Source: Spirochaetia bacterium (GTDB lineage: Bacteria > Spirochaetota > Spirochaetia > UBA9216). From it: DNA of 64,000 nucleotides. The stretch spans positions 864,001 to 928,000 of the forward strand of contig CAXXYH010000004.1 in assembly GCA_963677925.2 (NCBI GenBank), written 5' to 3'. The translations under genes and the position numbers were made by a program. Within the stretch, counting starts at the first letter, position 1; the number at the start of each line of letters is the position of its first letter. Positions 1-10,400 of this stretch are shown here, piece by piece. The notes below the pieces were generated by a model. It did no database searches and was not told where the DNA came from. It saw only the letters and a program-made list of their open reading frames with translations.

Positions 1-219
1 AATCATGATTTACGTGTTGAAGAAGCTGTGGCCAGGGCTGGTTATAAATATGCATGTACAACCGAAGAAGGGGTAAATGATAACGGAACTAAACGCTTTC
101 GACTGCTTCGTCTTCCTGTAACTATGCATAGAACAATGTTAGAGAATCACTTTGATATTCTAGGTTTTAGAGCTGAGATTTGTCGTGTTAGATCGTTTCT
201 GCGACTGGGGGTAAAGTAG
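1..219 (+). CDS. Polysaccharide deacetylase (NodB-like), C-terminal part, truncated by window edge
   Basis: Frame is open from base 1: ...VEEAVARAGYKYACTTEEGVN...FRLLRLPV matches the 'AGY..A.TT..G.N....L.R' end of polysaccharide deacetylases; glycan-locus context. Confidence 0.7.
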   Translation, partial: NHDLRVEEAVARAGYKYACTTEEGVNDNGTKRFRLLRLPVTMHRTMLENHFDILGFRAEICRVRSFLRLGVK

Positions 220-226
220 GCATATT

Positions 227-1678
227 ATGGGTGATAATAACACAGAAAAGAACAAAGAATTATCATTAAAGGAACGCGTCCTGAGAGGCTCTGCATTGAC
301 CTTGTTTGGGTTTGGGTTTAGCAGAGCTCTACGATTAGGTAATCATCTCATTTTAGCCTGGCTTCTTGCACCTGAAATCTTTGGTCTGATGGCATTAGTC
401 AAGGTTTTTATGCAGGGACTGGGAATGTTTACGGATATAGGCATTGGTCCAAGTATAATACAAAGCAAACGAGGTCACGATATAACTTTTCTAAATACAG
501 CCTGGAGTATCCAGGTTTTACGTGGAGCAGGATTGTGGTTAATTACATGTATTTTAGCTTGGCCATTTTCATTGTTCTATGGGAAGAATGATCCTGCGGC
601 TTCTCAGCTTGTTTATTTACTTCCAGTTTCTGGCCTTTCGGTACTTATCGGCGGATTCAAACATCCTGTTATGTACACTTTAGAAAAAGAATTAAAAATC
701 GGTAAGATAACAATAATTCAAATTGTGTCTCAACTGGTTTCACTGGCAACTATAATAATTTGGGCTTTGATAAAACCGTCAATATGGGCTTTGATCGCGG
801 GAAGTATAGTTTCGGCATTTTTTAATGTTATTATCAGTCATACAATAATTGCAAAACATAGAGTTCGCTTTCAAATTGAAAAAGAGTTCCTCGGTGAAAT
901 TATTTCATTTGGAAGATGGATTATGCTAAGCACAGCATTTACATTTTTATCAAATAATATGGATAAACTGATTTTAGGAAAAGTCTTAAGTTTAAAAGAA
1001 TTGGGTATTTATGGTATTGCAACTACATTAACAAAAATGGCACTTGATATAGCTACTCGTCTTGGTTCTTCAATTATGTATCCAGTATATTCAAAATTTC
1101 AGGATGATACTAAAAAGTTAATGTCAATTGCATTAAAATCTAGAGATATTGTGTTGTGGATAGGTTTTACTGTCAGTGTAGCTATGGCTGTTGGTTCTCC
1201 CTTATTTTTTCAAACTCTTTGGGATGTCAGATATCAATATGCAGGAGTATTGGCTCAGTGGATGATTATACTTATGTGGACCCGAATTTTGCTTTATACT
1301 ATGAGTCGTATACCCTTATCCTTAGGTAATTCAAAGTCGTTGTTCATTTCAAATGTAATTCAGACTATGGGAATTTTTATTGCTGCAGGCATATATCAGT
1401 TTGCTGGATTGCCGGGATTTATAGTTGGTTTAGCAATTGGTCCCATTGCAGCACACGTCTATCTCACTATGATTTTACCTGTTATGAGAAAGGAGATGTT
1501 AATACAAAGCTCTGTTTTTTCTGTTCTGACTTTAATTGCCGGTGGTGCTATGGTATTTTTTAATTCCTGGTTAGAGACAAATAGTTCAGAGCCTGTTTGG
1601 TTTGTTGTAGTTATTTCCATGGTAATACTAATCTGTTTAATCTCGTTATTAACAGTTTATCGAAAAATTAAACGTTAA
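227..1678 (+). CDS. Oligosaccharide flippase (Wzx/PST, MOP family)
   Basis: 483 aa, about 12 hydrophobic segments, 'LAWLLAPEIFGL...DIGIGPSIIQ' and 'DKLILGKVL...LGIY' PST motifs. Confidence 0.88.
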   Translation: MGDNNTEKNKELSLKERVLRGSALTLFGFGFSRALRLGNHLILAWLLAPEIFGLMALVKVFMQGLGMFTDIGIGPSIIQSKRGHDITFLNTAWSIQVLRGAGLWLITCILAWPFSLFYGKNDPAASQLVYLLPVSGLSVLIGGFKHPVMYTLEKELKIGKITIIQIVSQLVSLATIIIWALIKPSIWALIAGSIVSAFFNVIISHTIIAKHRVRFQIEKEFLGEIISFGRWIMLSTAFTFLSNNMDKLILGKVLSLKELGIYGIATTLTKMALDIATRLGSSIMYPVYSKFQDDTKKLMSIALKSRDIVLWIGFTVSVAMAVGSPLFFQTLWDVRYQYAGVLAQWMIILMWTRILLYTMSRIPLSLGNSKSLFISNVIQTMGIFIAAGIYQFAGLPGFIVGLAIGPIAAHVYLTMILPVMRKEMLIQSSVFSVLTLIAGGAMVFFNSWLETNSSEPVWFVVVISMVILICLISLLTVYRKIKR

Positions 1679-1785
1679 AGTGTTTTTAAATCTGTAGCAG
1701 AGGATTAGATTAATAAAGTTTTTCTTCTTTCAACTAATAATTAGATATAAAATGTTAACTAATCGAAAAATTAATAGGAACTTGT

Positions 1786-3072
1786 ATGAAGGCAAATGAA
1801 AAAAAGATATTAAAACTTCCTTACAGAAAGGAAACTACTGAGTTGTTGATTCCTGCAGAAGTAGATTTATATATTTGCGAACCTAATGATATTGAATTTG
1901 TATTGGATGATAAAGTAATTATTGATAAAGCTCTTGAAATGCAATCAGGCTCATTATCATTTCTTAATTTTGTTAGAAACAAAACTGATAAAGATGAGTC
2001 AATACTCGTTATCGTTAATGATCAGACACGACCAACGCCTACTCGTGTTGTTTTAAATTCCATAGCTGGCAGTTTGACAGATAGGAAAAATGTAACTTTT
2101 ATTATTGCGACAGGGGCTCACCGCAGACCAACAAAAGATGAGCTTGAAGACATTTTTGGAGATACATATGAATTCTTTTCAAATAATATTATTGTGCATG
2201 ACGCAAAGAGAAGTGAGCTGATGGCATATATTGGAACATCAGCATCAGGTACCGAATTGTATATAAATAAGCTGGCTTTGGATGCTGATAAAATAGTAGT
2301 GATAGGGTCTGTTGAACCTCACTATTTTGCTGGATATACTGGTGGTAGAAAAGGGATACTTCCAGGAATTGCCTCCTATAGAACTATTGAGCAAAATCAT
2401 AAACACGCACTATCAATAAATGCCAGAAGTCTGATTTTGGAAGGGAACCCGGTTCATGAAGATATGATTGATGCAATTCAACATTTAAATAAACCAATTT
2501 ATGCAATTATGACAGTTCTTGATAAAGATCAACATATCTATGCTGTCACAGCTGGCGATATTCATGATTCCTTCTATGCGGCAAAAAATGCTGCTGATGA
2601 AATTTTTGTAGTTGATATTAATGAAAAAGCGGATATTGTAATTACTGTAGCAAAAGATCCAATGGATATTGATCTTTATCAATCGCAAAAAGCGATAGAT
2701 AATGGAAAACTTGCATTGAAAAATGGAGGAATCCTGATATTGGTTTCATCTTGCCGTGATGGAATTGGTGACAATGCCTTTCTGGATCTTCTGTCATCAT
2801 GTAGCTCTCCTTTAGAGGTTATTGAAAAGATTAAAAATGAATATAAATTGGGATGGCATAAGGCTGGGAAGATGGCAGAGGCTAACCTAATAGGAGAAGT
2901 GTGGGCAGTAACTGAATTGCCGGATGATATTTTAGAAAGTATTTTTATAAAACCTTTTCCTAGTCTTCAAAATGCTTTATCTGAAGCATTAAAGATAAAA
3001 GGAGAAAATGCAAGTATTATCATATTGCCTGATGGATGTGTTACTATTCCTAGAGTAAAAGAATTGAGGTGA
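1786..3072 (+). CDS. larA: LarA-family nickel-pincer-nucleotide-dependent alpha-hydroxy-acid racemase/epimerase
   Basis: Motifs NDQTRPTP, ATGAHR, VHDA, EPHYFAGYTGGRKGILPG, QNH, DLYQSQKA retain the LarA catalytic Asp/Arg/His/Lys residues. Confidence 0.88.
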   Translation: MKANEKKILKLPYRKETTELLIPAEVDLYICEPNDIEFVLDDKVIIDKALEMQSGSLSFLNFVRNKTDKDESILVIVNDQTRPTPTRVVLNSIAGSLTDRKNVTFIIATGAHRRPTKDELEDIFGDTYEFFSNNIIVHDAKRSELMAYIGTSASGTELYINKLALDADKIVVIGSVEPHYFAGYTGGRKGILPGIASYRTIEQNHKHALSINARSLILEGNPVHEDMIDAIQHLNKPIYAIMTVLDKDQHIYAVTAGDIHDSFYAAKNAADEIFVVDINEKADIVITVAKDPMDIDLYQSQKAIDNGKLALKNGGILILVSSCRDGIGDNAFLDLLSSCSSPLEVIEKIKNEYKLGWHKAGKMAEANLIGEVWAVTELPDDILESIFIKPFPSLQNALSEALKIKGENASIIILPDGCVTIPRVKELR

Positions 3073-4289
3073 CGATAAAAATGAATCTTAAAGTAAGGAA
3101 AATTTTAGAAGAATCAATAGAAACACCGGCAGTTATATTGCCGCTTAGCTATAATGGTATCTTATTTACGAGAGCACTAAAATCAAAACATATACCAGTT
3201 ATAGGCATAATTAAATCAAAAAAGGATTGTTTCTATCACACTAACAGTTGTGCCAAGATTATAAGTTCGGATCTTTATGGCGAACATGCGTTAGCTAATC
3301 TAATTGAGGCAGGTAAACTTGCAAGGAAAAATCCCGCCTTGATTCCTACATCAGATGAAGGTGTTAAATTTATTCTTTCTAATCTCAAAGTACTTAAAAA
3401 ATATTACTTAATTAATATTCCTCAAGAATCAACTGCAAACCTGCTATTGGATAAGCAGAGTCTATATGCGTGGGGAAATGATAGATATCCATTCCCGAAA
3501 ACTTTGATTATTAAAACTGAACAAGAATTGAATGAATCTCTGGAAGACCTATTTTTCCCTGTAATAATAAAACCAAACTATAGGGACGCAAATTGGCCTG
3601 CAACTTTGGATAAGGCTGTGCTGGCTGATGATGCTCAGATAATGATTAAGGCTTTTCACAAGTTTATTCCTCATGCAGATGCTTGCCTTGTTTCAGAGTA
3701 TATACCAGGTGGTGATGAGAATATTGAAACCTGTCATGTTTTCTATGATGAAGGAAAACTCGTAAATTCATATACTGATCAAAAAATTAGACAGTATCCA
3801 CCTCTAACAGGAACAGGTTCATATATTTCTTCCTGCTATAATCCCGAAATCAAAAAAATTACTATTAATTTTTTTGATGATCATGATAATTATACCGGGG
3901 TAGGGGGAATAGAATTTAAGAAACATGATATTACTGGTGAATATAAAATAATAGAACCTTTTGTAGGTCGGCCAAGTAGTCATTTCTATACAGGTTTAGG
4001 GGAGGGTTTTAATTTCCCCTTTATTGTTTATTGTCAGATAGTCGGTAAAGAAATACCTAAATATGAACAATCATATAAAATTGTCAGCCAGTTAGATGAA
4101 GAATTTGAGCTTCAGGCTTGTAGAGAATATTTAAAATCAGGAAAAATGAGTATTGGTAAATATTTAAAAACAATTGTTACAACAGAATTATTTGTCAGGT
4201 TTTCAATAAAAGACCCATCTGTAGGTTTTGTATATTTTTTTCAGGTGATAAGTAGGTTATTAAGAAAACCATTTACAGGTATGAATTGA
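3069..4289 (+). CDS. ATP-grasp carboxylate-amine ligase (D-aspartate-ligase-like)
   Basis: LIPTSDE, FPVIIKP, SEYIPGGD, KIRQYP...GTGS, GIEFK motifs; overlaps the larA stop (GTGA). Confidence 0.8.
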   Translation: MTIKMNLKVRKILEESIETPAVILPLSYNGILFTRALKSKHIPVIGIIKSKKDCFYHTNSCAKIISSDLYGEHALANLIEAGKLARKNPALIPTSDEGVKFILSNLKVLKKYYLINIPQESTANLLLDKQSLYAWGNDRYPFPKTLIIKTEQELNESLEDLFFPVIIKPNYRDANWPATLDKAVLADDAQIMIKAFHKFIPHADACLVSEYIPGGDENIETCHVFYDEGKLVNSYTDQKIRQYPPLTGTGSYISSCYNPEIKKITINFFDDHDNYTGVGGIEFKKHDITGEYKIIEPFVGRPSSHFYTGLGEGFNFPFIVYCQIVGKEIPKYEQSYKIVSQLDEEFELQACREYLKSGKMSIGKYLKTIVTTELFVRFSIKDPSVGFVYFFQVISRLLRKPFTGMN

Positions 4290-4306
4290 TTTTAGGGGTA
4301 TATTAA

Positions 4307-5335
4307 TTGAATGCTGCATTGAACAAATTAGGTATAATCTTTATTGGAAGAAATGAAGGTGAAAGAATATTAAAAGCTGTAGAATCTTTCCCCGCGAGTT
4401 CTGCTTCTGTCATTTATGTAGATTCTGGTTCCACTGATGGAAGTGTTGATTTGATTATATCAAAAGGTATAAATGTTCATTCTTTAAGTCCTGAGAAACC
4501 CTTTACGGCTGCAAGAGGGCGAAAAGAGGGGGCTGAAATAATGTTAAAAGAATATCCAGATGTCAGATGGATCCAATTTATAGATGGCGATTGTGCATTA
4601 GATCCTTTATGGTGTGACATTGGAGTAGAATATCTGCAGAGTCATGATGAAGTTGGTATTGTCTGCGGTATCCTTGTAGAAGAAAAACCGGAATTGTCAC
4701 ATTTTAACAGAATGAATGCTTTGAGATGGAGTTCTGCTCCGATAGGCGAAATTGAGGCTTGCGGAGGTATCTTTCTGGCAAGACGAGAAGCCTATGAACA
4801 ATCCGGTGGTTTTAATGAAATTCTTCTGACCGGAGAGGAGGCTGAATTTTGTTTGAGGGTAAGAAGTTCTGGATATTTAATTATGCGTTTAAATAAGCGA
4901 ATGGCTATTCACGATTCAGATTTAATATCATTGAAGTCATGGTGGAAAAGAGCTATATGGGGTGGATATGGGGATGCCTTGCGGCATGTAACAATAAAGC
5001 ATAGTAATAATAATCCAGAGAAAAGAAAGATTAGAAGTAGTTTTATATGGGGATTATTTATGCCTTTTATCTTTTCGGTAGGTATACTGGGTAGTTTTTT
5101 TAATGAATTGTTAATTGTTTTACCTGCAATTGTTCTGATTTTATATATTCAGCTTTTATTAAGATTGATTATCAGAAACCTTAAGAACGGAAATGGCTAT
5201 AGAGACTCTTATATATATTCTTATTTGACGATAGTTAGGAAAGTACCTCATTCATTAGGTTATATCAAATTTTTTTTATATCCGAAAAATTTTAATAAAA
5301 GGCCTGACCCGCATAATAATAACAGATCTATTTAA
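4307..5335 (+). CDS. Glycosyltransferase family 2 with C-terminal membrane segments
   Basis: IGRNEG, YVDSGSTDGS, FTAARGR, QFIDGD, GGFNE..GEE motifs. Confidence 0.88.
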   Translation: MNAALNKLGIIFIGRNEGERILKAVESFPASSASVIYVDSGSTDGSVDLIISKGINVHSLSPEKPFTAARGRKEGAEIMLKEYPDVRWIQFIDGDCALDPLWCDIGVEYLQSHDEVGIVCGILVEEKPELSHFNRMNALRWSSAPIGEIEACGGIFLARREAYEQSGGFNEILLTGEEAEFCLRVRSSGYLIMRLNKRMAIHDSDLISLKSWWKRAIWGGYGDALRHVTIKHSNNNPEKRKIRSSFIWGLFMPFIFSVGILGSFFNELLIVLPAIVLILYIQLLLRLIIRNLKNGNGYRDSYIYSYLTIVRKVPHSLGYIKFFLYPKNFNKRPDPHNNNRSI

Positions 5336-5481
5336 AATTTTACTTACTGATACAAGAAAAATGAAATTGTGTCTAAATGTAGATAGACTTTTATTAAAGA
5401 TGAATATTTATCTTTGAATATTGATATATTTAGTGTGAATTAGTTAACGATGTATATAAAAAAAAAGATTGAGGTGTTGTT

Positions 5482-6375
5482 GTGGAAATTATAAAAGAAA
5501 TTAAAGTAAAAATAGGTTATTGTTATCATATAGTTTTAGGTAAAATATCACCTACTATAGCAAGTTATTCTCTCTATAAGAAGTATACAAATCGCCGTTT
5601 GAATTTAAGGAAACCTAAATATCTTGATGATTATTTAATGGGTATTAAGTTACATAATTATTCTACTAATGATTTAGTTGTGTTATGTTCAGATAAATAT
5701 CTTGTAAGAGAGTATATTTGTTCAAATGGATTAGAATATATTTTGAATGAATTGTATGCCGTGTATAATAATGTTGATTCTATCAATTGGGGGGAGTTGC
5801 CAATAGAATTTGTGATTAAATTAAATCATGGAAGTGGATTTAATTTAATTTGTAAAGATAGAGCGACTTTGGATATAGACAGTACAAAAAGAATATTAAA
5901 AAGGTGGTATAAAACAAAATTTGGTTTATATACTGTGGAACCTCATTATTTGAAGATTAAGAAAAAAATAATTGTTGAAAAATATCTGAAAGGTTCTGAA
6001 TACTGCTCCTCTCCAGATGACTATAAAATATTTTGTTTTTATGGAATACCAAAAATTATTCAAGTTTGTACTGAAAGAGATGCCGATGTTAAATATAAAT
6101 TATATGATACCTCATGGAAAGAAGTAGGTTATTTATTAGATGATTATAGGAGTAATAAAGATTTTTCTAAGCCTAAAGTCTTAACAGATATGTTAGATAT
6201 TGCGTGTAAATTATCTAATCCATTCCCATTTGTAAGAGTGGATCTGTTTCTGATGGAGGAAAAAATTATTTTTAGTGAATTAACATTTACACCATTTGCA
6301 TGTAGTTGTAGAATATTAAATTCTACTGGGCAGATTGAATTGGCTCGTGAATTTCAGAGTGAAAATTTAATTTAA
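5482..6375 (+). CDS. TupA-like ATP-grasp protein
   Basis: SDKYLVREY, FVIKLNHGSG, IIVEKYL, DYKIFCF, FVRVDLF, FSELTFTP motifs of the TupA ATP-grasp family. Confidence 0.88.
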   Translation: MEIIKEIKVKIGYCYHIVLGKISPTIASYSLYKKYTNRRLNLRKPKYLDDYLMGIKLHNYSTNDLVVLCSDKYLVREYICSNGLEYILNELYAVYNNVDSINWGELPIEFVIKLNHGSGFNLICKDRATLDIDSTKRILKRWYKTKFGLYTVEPHYLKIKKKIIVEKYLKGSEYCSSPDDYKIFCFYGIPKIIQVCTERDADVKYKLYDTSWKEVGYLLDDYRSNKDFSKPKVLTDMLDIACKLSNPFPFVRVDLFLMEEKIIFSELTFTPFACSCRILNSTGQIELAREFQSENLI

Positions 6376-6499
6376 AATGAGATTTTAATATATCTATAGA
6401 TTAATTAAAAATAAGGGGAAATAATATTAAGGAAAATACAAAAATTTTATAATAAATTAATTCTCTAAAACAATCCTATCAATAATATATTTCATTATC

Positions 6500-7703
6500 T
6501 GAACAGTGATCGTATTAACCTGGCAATTGCAAAGAATAGGTGGTCAAATTACCTCCGAAAGATATAATGATTTTACCACAAAACATTTATCAGGAAGATA
6601 AAATGGCCACCAACAAGAATGTAACACAGAAAGCAGCAAGAAGAAAGATGAGCATGTTAGAGCTCGCAGAAGATTTAGGAAATGTAAGCAAGGTATGTAA
6701 AATTATGGGTTATTCCCGCCAGCAGTTCTATGAGATTCGGAAGAAATATTAAACTTACGAATCTCAGGGATTAATCAACAGCTGACCAGGACAACGTAAT
6801 CCACATCCAAATCGAGTAGCACCTGAAATTGAAGTAGAAATTCTGGTTTATAGTTTGGAGTACACAACCCATGATTGTCTTAGAGTTTCTCAGCAGCTTG
6901 CCTTGAAAGGTGTGAACGCAAGTTAAGGCGGAGGCCGAGGAGTATGGATTAGGCATAAAATAGAAACTCGCCACCAGCGTTTTTTACGCTTGAAAGGAAA
7001 TTGATATATTAAAAATTCAAGCTTAATGATGACCAAATAAAACTACTTGAAAGAGTTAATCCTGAGATCAGAGAAAGATAAATCGAAACAAAACATACAG
7101 GTTATCTCGTTTTGATAGATACCTTTATGGATCGGACATCTGAAAGGAATCGGTAAAATATACTTACAGACAGTAATTGATTGTTATAGTCGACATGCAT
7201 TAGGAAGGCTGTATACAAATAAGCTTCCTGTGACAGCATTTCAGGTGATAAACAATGATGTTCTGCCTTTTTTCGAAGAACATAATGTGAAGGTTAAGAA
7301 TGTGCTGACCGACAATAGACATGAGTATTACGGAAGAGCGGGCTGTCATTCGTTCGAATTAGTTATTCAGTTTAAGGATATCGAGCACAGGATAACAAAG
7401 GTTCGCAGGCCACAGAGTAATGGATTTTTAAGTGGCTACATCGAACTTTACTGGATAAGTTTTTTTAGAATTAAAGGTCGTGAAAAATACTACGAATATT
7501 ATCTGAGATGCATTAAGATCTGGATAAGTTTTTGAAGTACTACAACAATGAGCGAGCACATCAAAGGTGCAATATGAAGAATAGAACACCCTCTCCGGTC
7601 ATCCTTGAGGAAATAGAAAAAGACGAGGATAATGATGGCACTGCCGCATAATGAAATTATATATTTTTCGAAGTGAGTGTCAAGGAAATACGCTAACTAA
7701 ACG
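6500..7703 (+). mobile_element. IS481-family insertion sequence, degraded (transposase pseudogene ~6602-7650)
   Basis: Fragments LELAEDLGNVSKVCKIMGYSRQQFYE, VLTDN, VRRPQSNG and YNNERAHQ with stops/frameshifts; imperfect terminal inverted repeats at ~6500-6525 and ~7678-7703. Confidence 0.82.
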
Positions 7704-7843
7704 AATTATCATAGGTGTACACTGTTTGGCTATATTGTTTTGATAAAATAAAAAACAGTCTCAAAATTTTGTGCTGTGATTAACCTATAAAAATATAGGT
7801 GAGTTTCAGCTTGCTGAAATAAATATTTTTAATTACAAACTGG

Positions 7844-7859
7844 ATTACAATATTGAAAT
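7844..7859 (+). promoter_or_regulatory. Putative enhancer (UAS) for a sigma54 activator, ATTACAATATTGAAAT
   Basis: Identical 16-mer at 30351 and near-identical copy at 34203, each upstream of a sigma54 promoter. Confidence 0.7.
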
Positions 7860-7962
7860 TAAACAAGTATATAGACACTTTCGAATAATAAAATGCTAAT
7901 TTGTACCTTGGTAATTCTTTTGTCAATAACAATTTAAATTAAAAATTTAGAACGTAGTAGTT

Positions 7963-7978
7963 TGGCATACAGATTGCA
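7963..7978 (+). promoter_or_regulatory. Sigma54 (-24/-12) promoter TGGCATACAGATTGCA
   Basis: Exact GG-N10-GC spacing, upstream of the AAGGAG RBS and the ATG at 8022. Confidence 0.8.
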
Positions 7979-8021
7979 TTATATTTATATATAATTTATT
8001 TGGATAGCAAGGAGTTTTTCG

Positions 8022-9773
8022 ATGAAGAAGCTTTTTATTTTGTTTATATGTATTATTTCTATTTTCCCGGTATATAGTGATAATACGTTACATGGGTTAA
8101 GATTGATTTTTACCGATACTGAGGATACTGAGGATACTGAGGATACTGAGGATACTGGTGAAGCCGTGGAATCAACAATTGATTTCTTTAATTTACCAAA
8201 AAATTCTGATGGGTGGACAGATTATGAAGCTCTATTACAGTATGGCTATACTGATTCAAGAGTTGTATTTGTTTCATCACTTTATGGTGATGACTCAACT
8301 GGTGAAATTTATAGTAAATCAGATCTTACTTTTGATGAATATGGTATGTTTCAACCTGCTGTATCGGTTGATATTAAACCGTTTTTGACTATAAAAGCAG
8401 CATATTCATTTATAAGAAATGGTTATCCCGATATCATGCTTCTTAGTAGGGGGGAGCAGTGGGAGGAACAATTTAATACCTTAAGCATAGGTAGGATGAA
8501 GTCAGGGCGGAGTAATGTTGAAAGGCATATAGTCAGTTCCTATGGAAGTGGTGATAGACCATCATTACATAGCACAACTGAAAAACAACTAGATATTTAT
8601 CAAGCATCATATTTTATTTTATCTGGAATACATTTTTTTGCTGATGACTGGAATGAATCGGGGCGAGGTCTTGATTTATATGGTGCATCTGTAGATACGT
8701 TATTTGAAGATTTGAGATTTGATAAACATTATAAAAATAAAATTAGTGATCCTGGATTGATGAATGTTGTAATTCGGCGTTGTATTTTTACAGATTATGC
8801 TGCTCATGACGGAGTTTTTTATGTTAACAAAGTTGAAAATATTTTTTTTGAAGAAAATATTTTTTATAAACCGAGGGATGAGAGAGATAGCACGATTTAT
8901 GGTAGAATATTTTACTTAAATCCAGGTGATGGAATTAACTTAAATCAACTTAAGAATCTAACTGCTAAAGGAAATATTCTTTTTCTTGCAGAACGCGGCG
9001 GTGCTGATGCAAGAGCTGGAGGAACTTTCAATAACAATTTGTTCATACAAGCTGGTTGTAGTATGGCTGCTAATGGCGGCAGTGGTGGTTCTGTGGTTTC
9101 AGGTGTTGTAAAAAATAATGTTTTTACTCAAGGTACTGATAACCTTGGAGTTGGAGCAGGCCTTTCGATAAAAAATGGTGTTGGTGTTGTGGTCGAAAAT
9201 AATATCTGGACAGATCCAGAAGGTATCCTGTCAGAGGCTAATGCAATAACGGTCTCAGGTGATAGTTCATATGATCTTTATGTAGCAAAAAATATTGAGA
9301 TAACTGGAAATGTTATATATGGGTATAAAGGTGAAAATGTGTATAACAGAGGAATATTTATTCCTTCAGGCCTTAGGGACATCGAGAACTTTTCAATACA
9401 TAATAATGAAATTCAAATGGTAACTGGAGCTTCATCTGTTCTCGCCGTACCCACTGATGTTTTGCCAGATATTTCATTCATGAATAATAAGTATTTTAGT
9501 ACTACGCCGGAGATTGAATGGTTTTATCAAGGCGATTTGCTGGATTGGGAAATATCCTCTGGTGAGACTGGTGCTTCTAAAGAACAGGTTGGTTATTATG
9601 GTGCATATAGAAATTTAAAAACTTATAATAACTCTCTTGGGGGGAGTGCAGATACTGAGGATTTTATGCTTGAAACATTGAAACAGTCAAGAAACCATTG
9701 GGATGAAGTGTATACTGCAGGAGCTGTTAATGATTATATCCGTGCTGGGTTTAACTTAGAATTGATTCAATAG
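8022..9773 (+). CDS. Secreted right-handed parallel beta-helix protein (pectin-lyase-like fold, possible glycan lyase/hydrolase or surface protein)
   Basis: Signal peptide MKKLFILF..., acidic linker, repeated 'xxENNIF/NNVF/GNVIY/NNEIQ' beta-helix rungs. Confidence 0.65.
   Translation: MKKLFILFICIISIFPVYSDNTLHGLRLIFTDTEDTEDTEDTEDTGEAVESTIDFFNLPKNSDGWTDYEALLQYGYTDSRVVFVSSLYGDDSTGEIYSKSDLTFDEYGMFQPAVSVDIKPFLTIKAAYSFIRNGYPDIMLLSRGEQWEEQFNTLSIGRMKSGRSNVERHIVSSYGSGDRPSLHSTTEKQLDIYQASYFILSGIHFFADDWNESGRGLDLYGASVDTLFEDLRFDKHYKNKISDPGLMNVVIRRCIFTDYAAHDGVFYVNKVENIFFEENIFYKPRDERDSTIYGRIFYLNPGDGINLNQLKNLTAKGNILFLAERGGADARAGGTFNNNLFIQAGCSMAANGGSGGSVVSGVVKNNVFTQGTDNLGVGAGLSIKNGVGVVVENNIWTDPEGILSEANAITVSGDSSYDLYVAKNIEITGNVIYGYKGENVYNRGIFIPSGLRDIENFSIHNNEIQMVTGASSVLAVPTDVLPDISFMNNKYFSTTPEIEWFYQGDLLDWEISSGETGASKEQVGYYGAYRNLKTYNNSLGGSADTEDFMLETLKQSRNHWDEVYTAGAVNDYIRAGFNLELIQ
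8115..8157 (+). repeat. In-frame 9-bp tandem repeat (GATACTGAG)x4 + GATACTG encoding (DTE)n
   Basis: Directly visible perfect tandem repeat. Confidence 0.95.
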
Positions 9774-9859
9774 AAGTTAAAATAGGTAACTATTTGCTTT
9801 GATTAGTATTTATGTGACGAATTATAATTGAATATAAACTTTCTGTAAATAAATTTAGA

Positions 9860-9893
9860 CACAAAACTCAGACGTTAGAGTTTGGGTTTTGTG
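9860..9893 (+). terminator. Stem-loop downstream of the beta-helix gene
   Basis: CACAAAACTCAGAC...GTTTGGGTTTTGTG imperfect inverted repeat with G-U pairs. Confidence 0.45.
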
Positions 9894-10089
9894 AAATAAA
9901 TAAGTTCTGATTAGGACTAATTATTGGAACTCAAATTTTTCAGATAGGGCGTGTTAATTATTTAGTATAAAAATCTCTGTATATGGTGCAAGAAAAATAG
10001 CAAAAACATCAAAAATCTATTGTAAATTATGGATGTGAATGCGCACTATCTTAGTTTAAAAGAGTATATTTTTTTCTATCTGCTTCCTT

Positions 10090-10400
10090 TTTAAAGATGT
10101 TCGCTTGATAATTCTTTGCAAAAAGAATACCAAGATTGAGTGTGTATGCAGACAAGATTAAGAGATAAGCGCAAGCCTCTTCGAATTACCTGTAAATAGT
10201 TAGGACGCTCGCCATGAAAAATTTATTAAGATTCAGGAAGAAATTTACTTTAGATAAAGAATTTCATGATAATATCGTATAAAAAGCGGTTGAAAGACGC
10301 TTTGGGCTATCTAAAAGAAAATATAGACTATGATTAAAAATTGAATTTGATGTAAGCGAGTGTGAGTAGTATACACTTTTTAATGCTATATTTGAAAAAA
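10090..10400 (+). pseudogene. Heavily decayed IS5-like DDE transposase relic
   Basis: Translated scraps 'VYADKI', 'LGRSP' and 'AVERRFGLSKRKY' resemble IS5 'ADKIY / LGRP / EGKFG..KRKY' motifs. Confidence 0.45.

Noticed and set aside
8115-8157. Tandem repeat as an on/off phase-variation switch
   Set aside because: The unit is 9 bp, so slippage keeps the frame and only changes linker length
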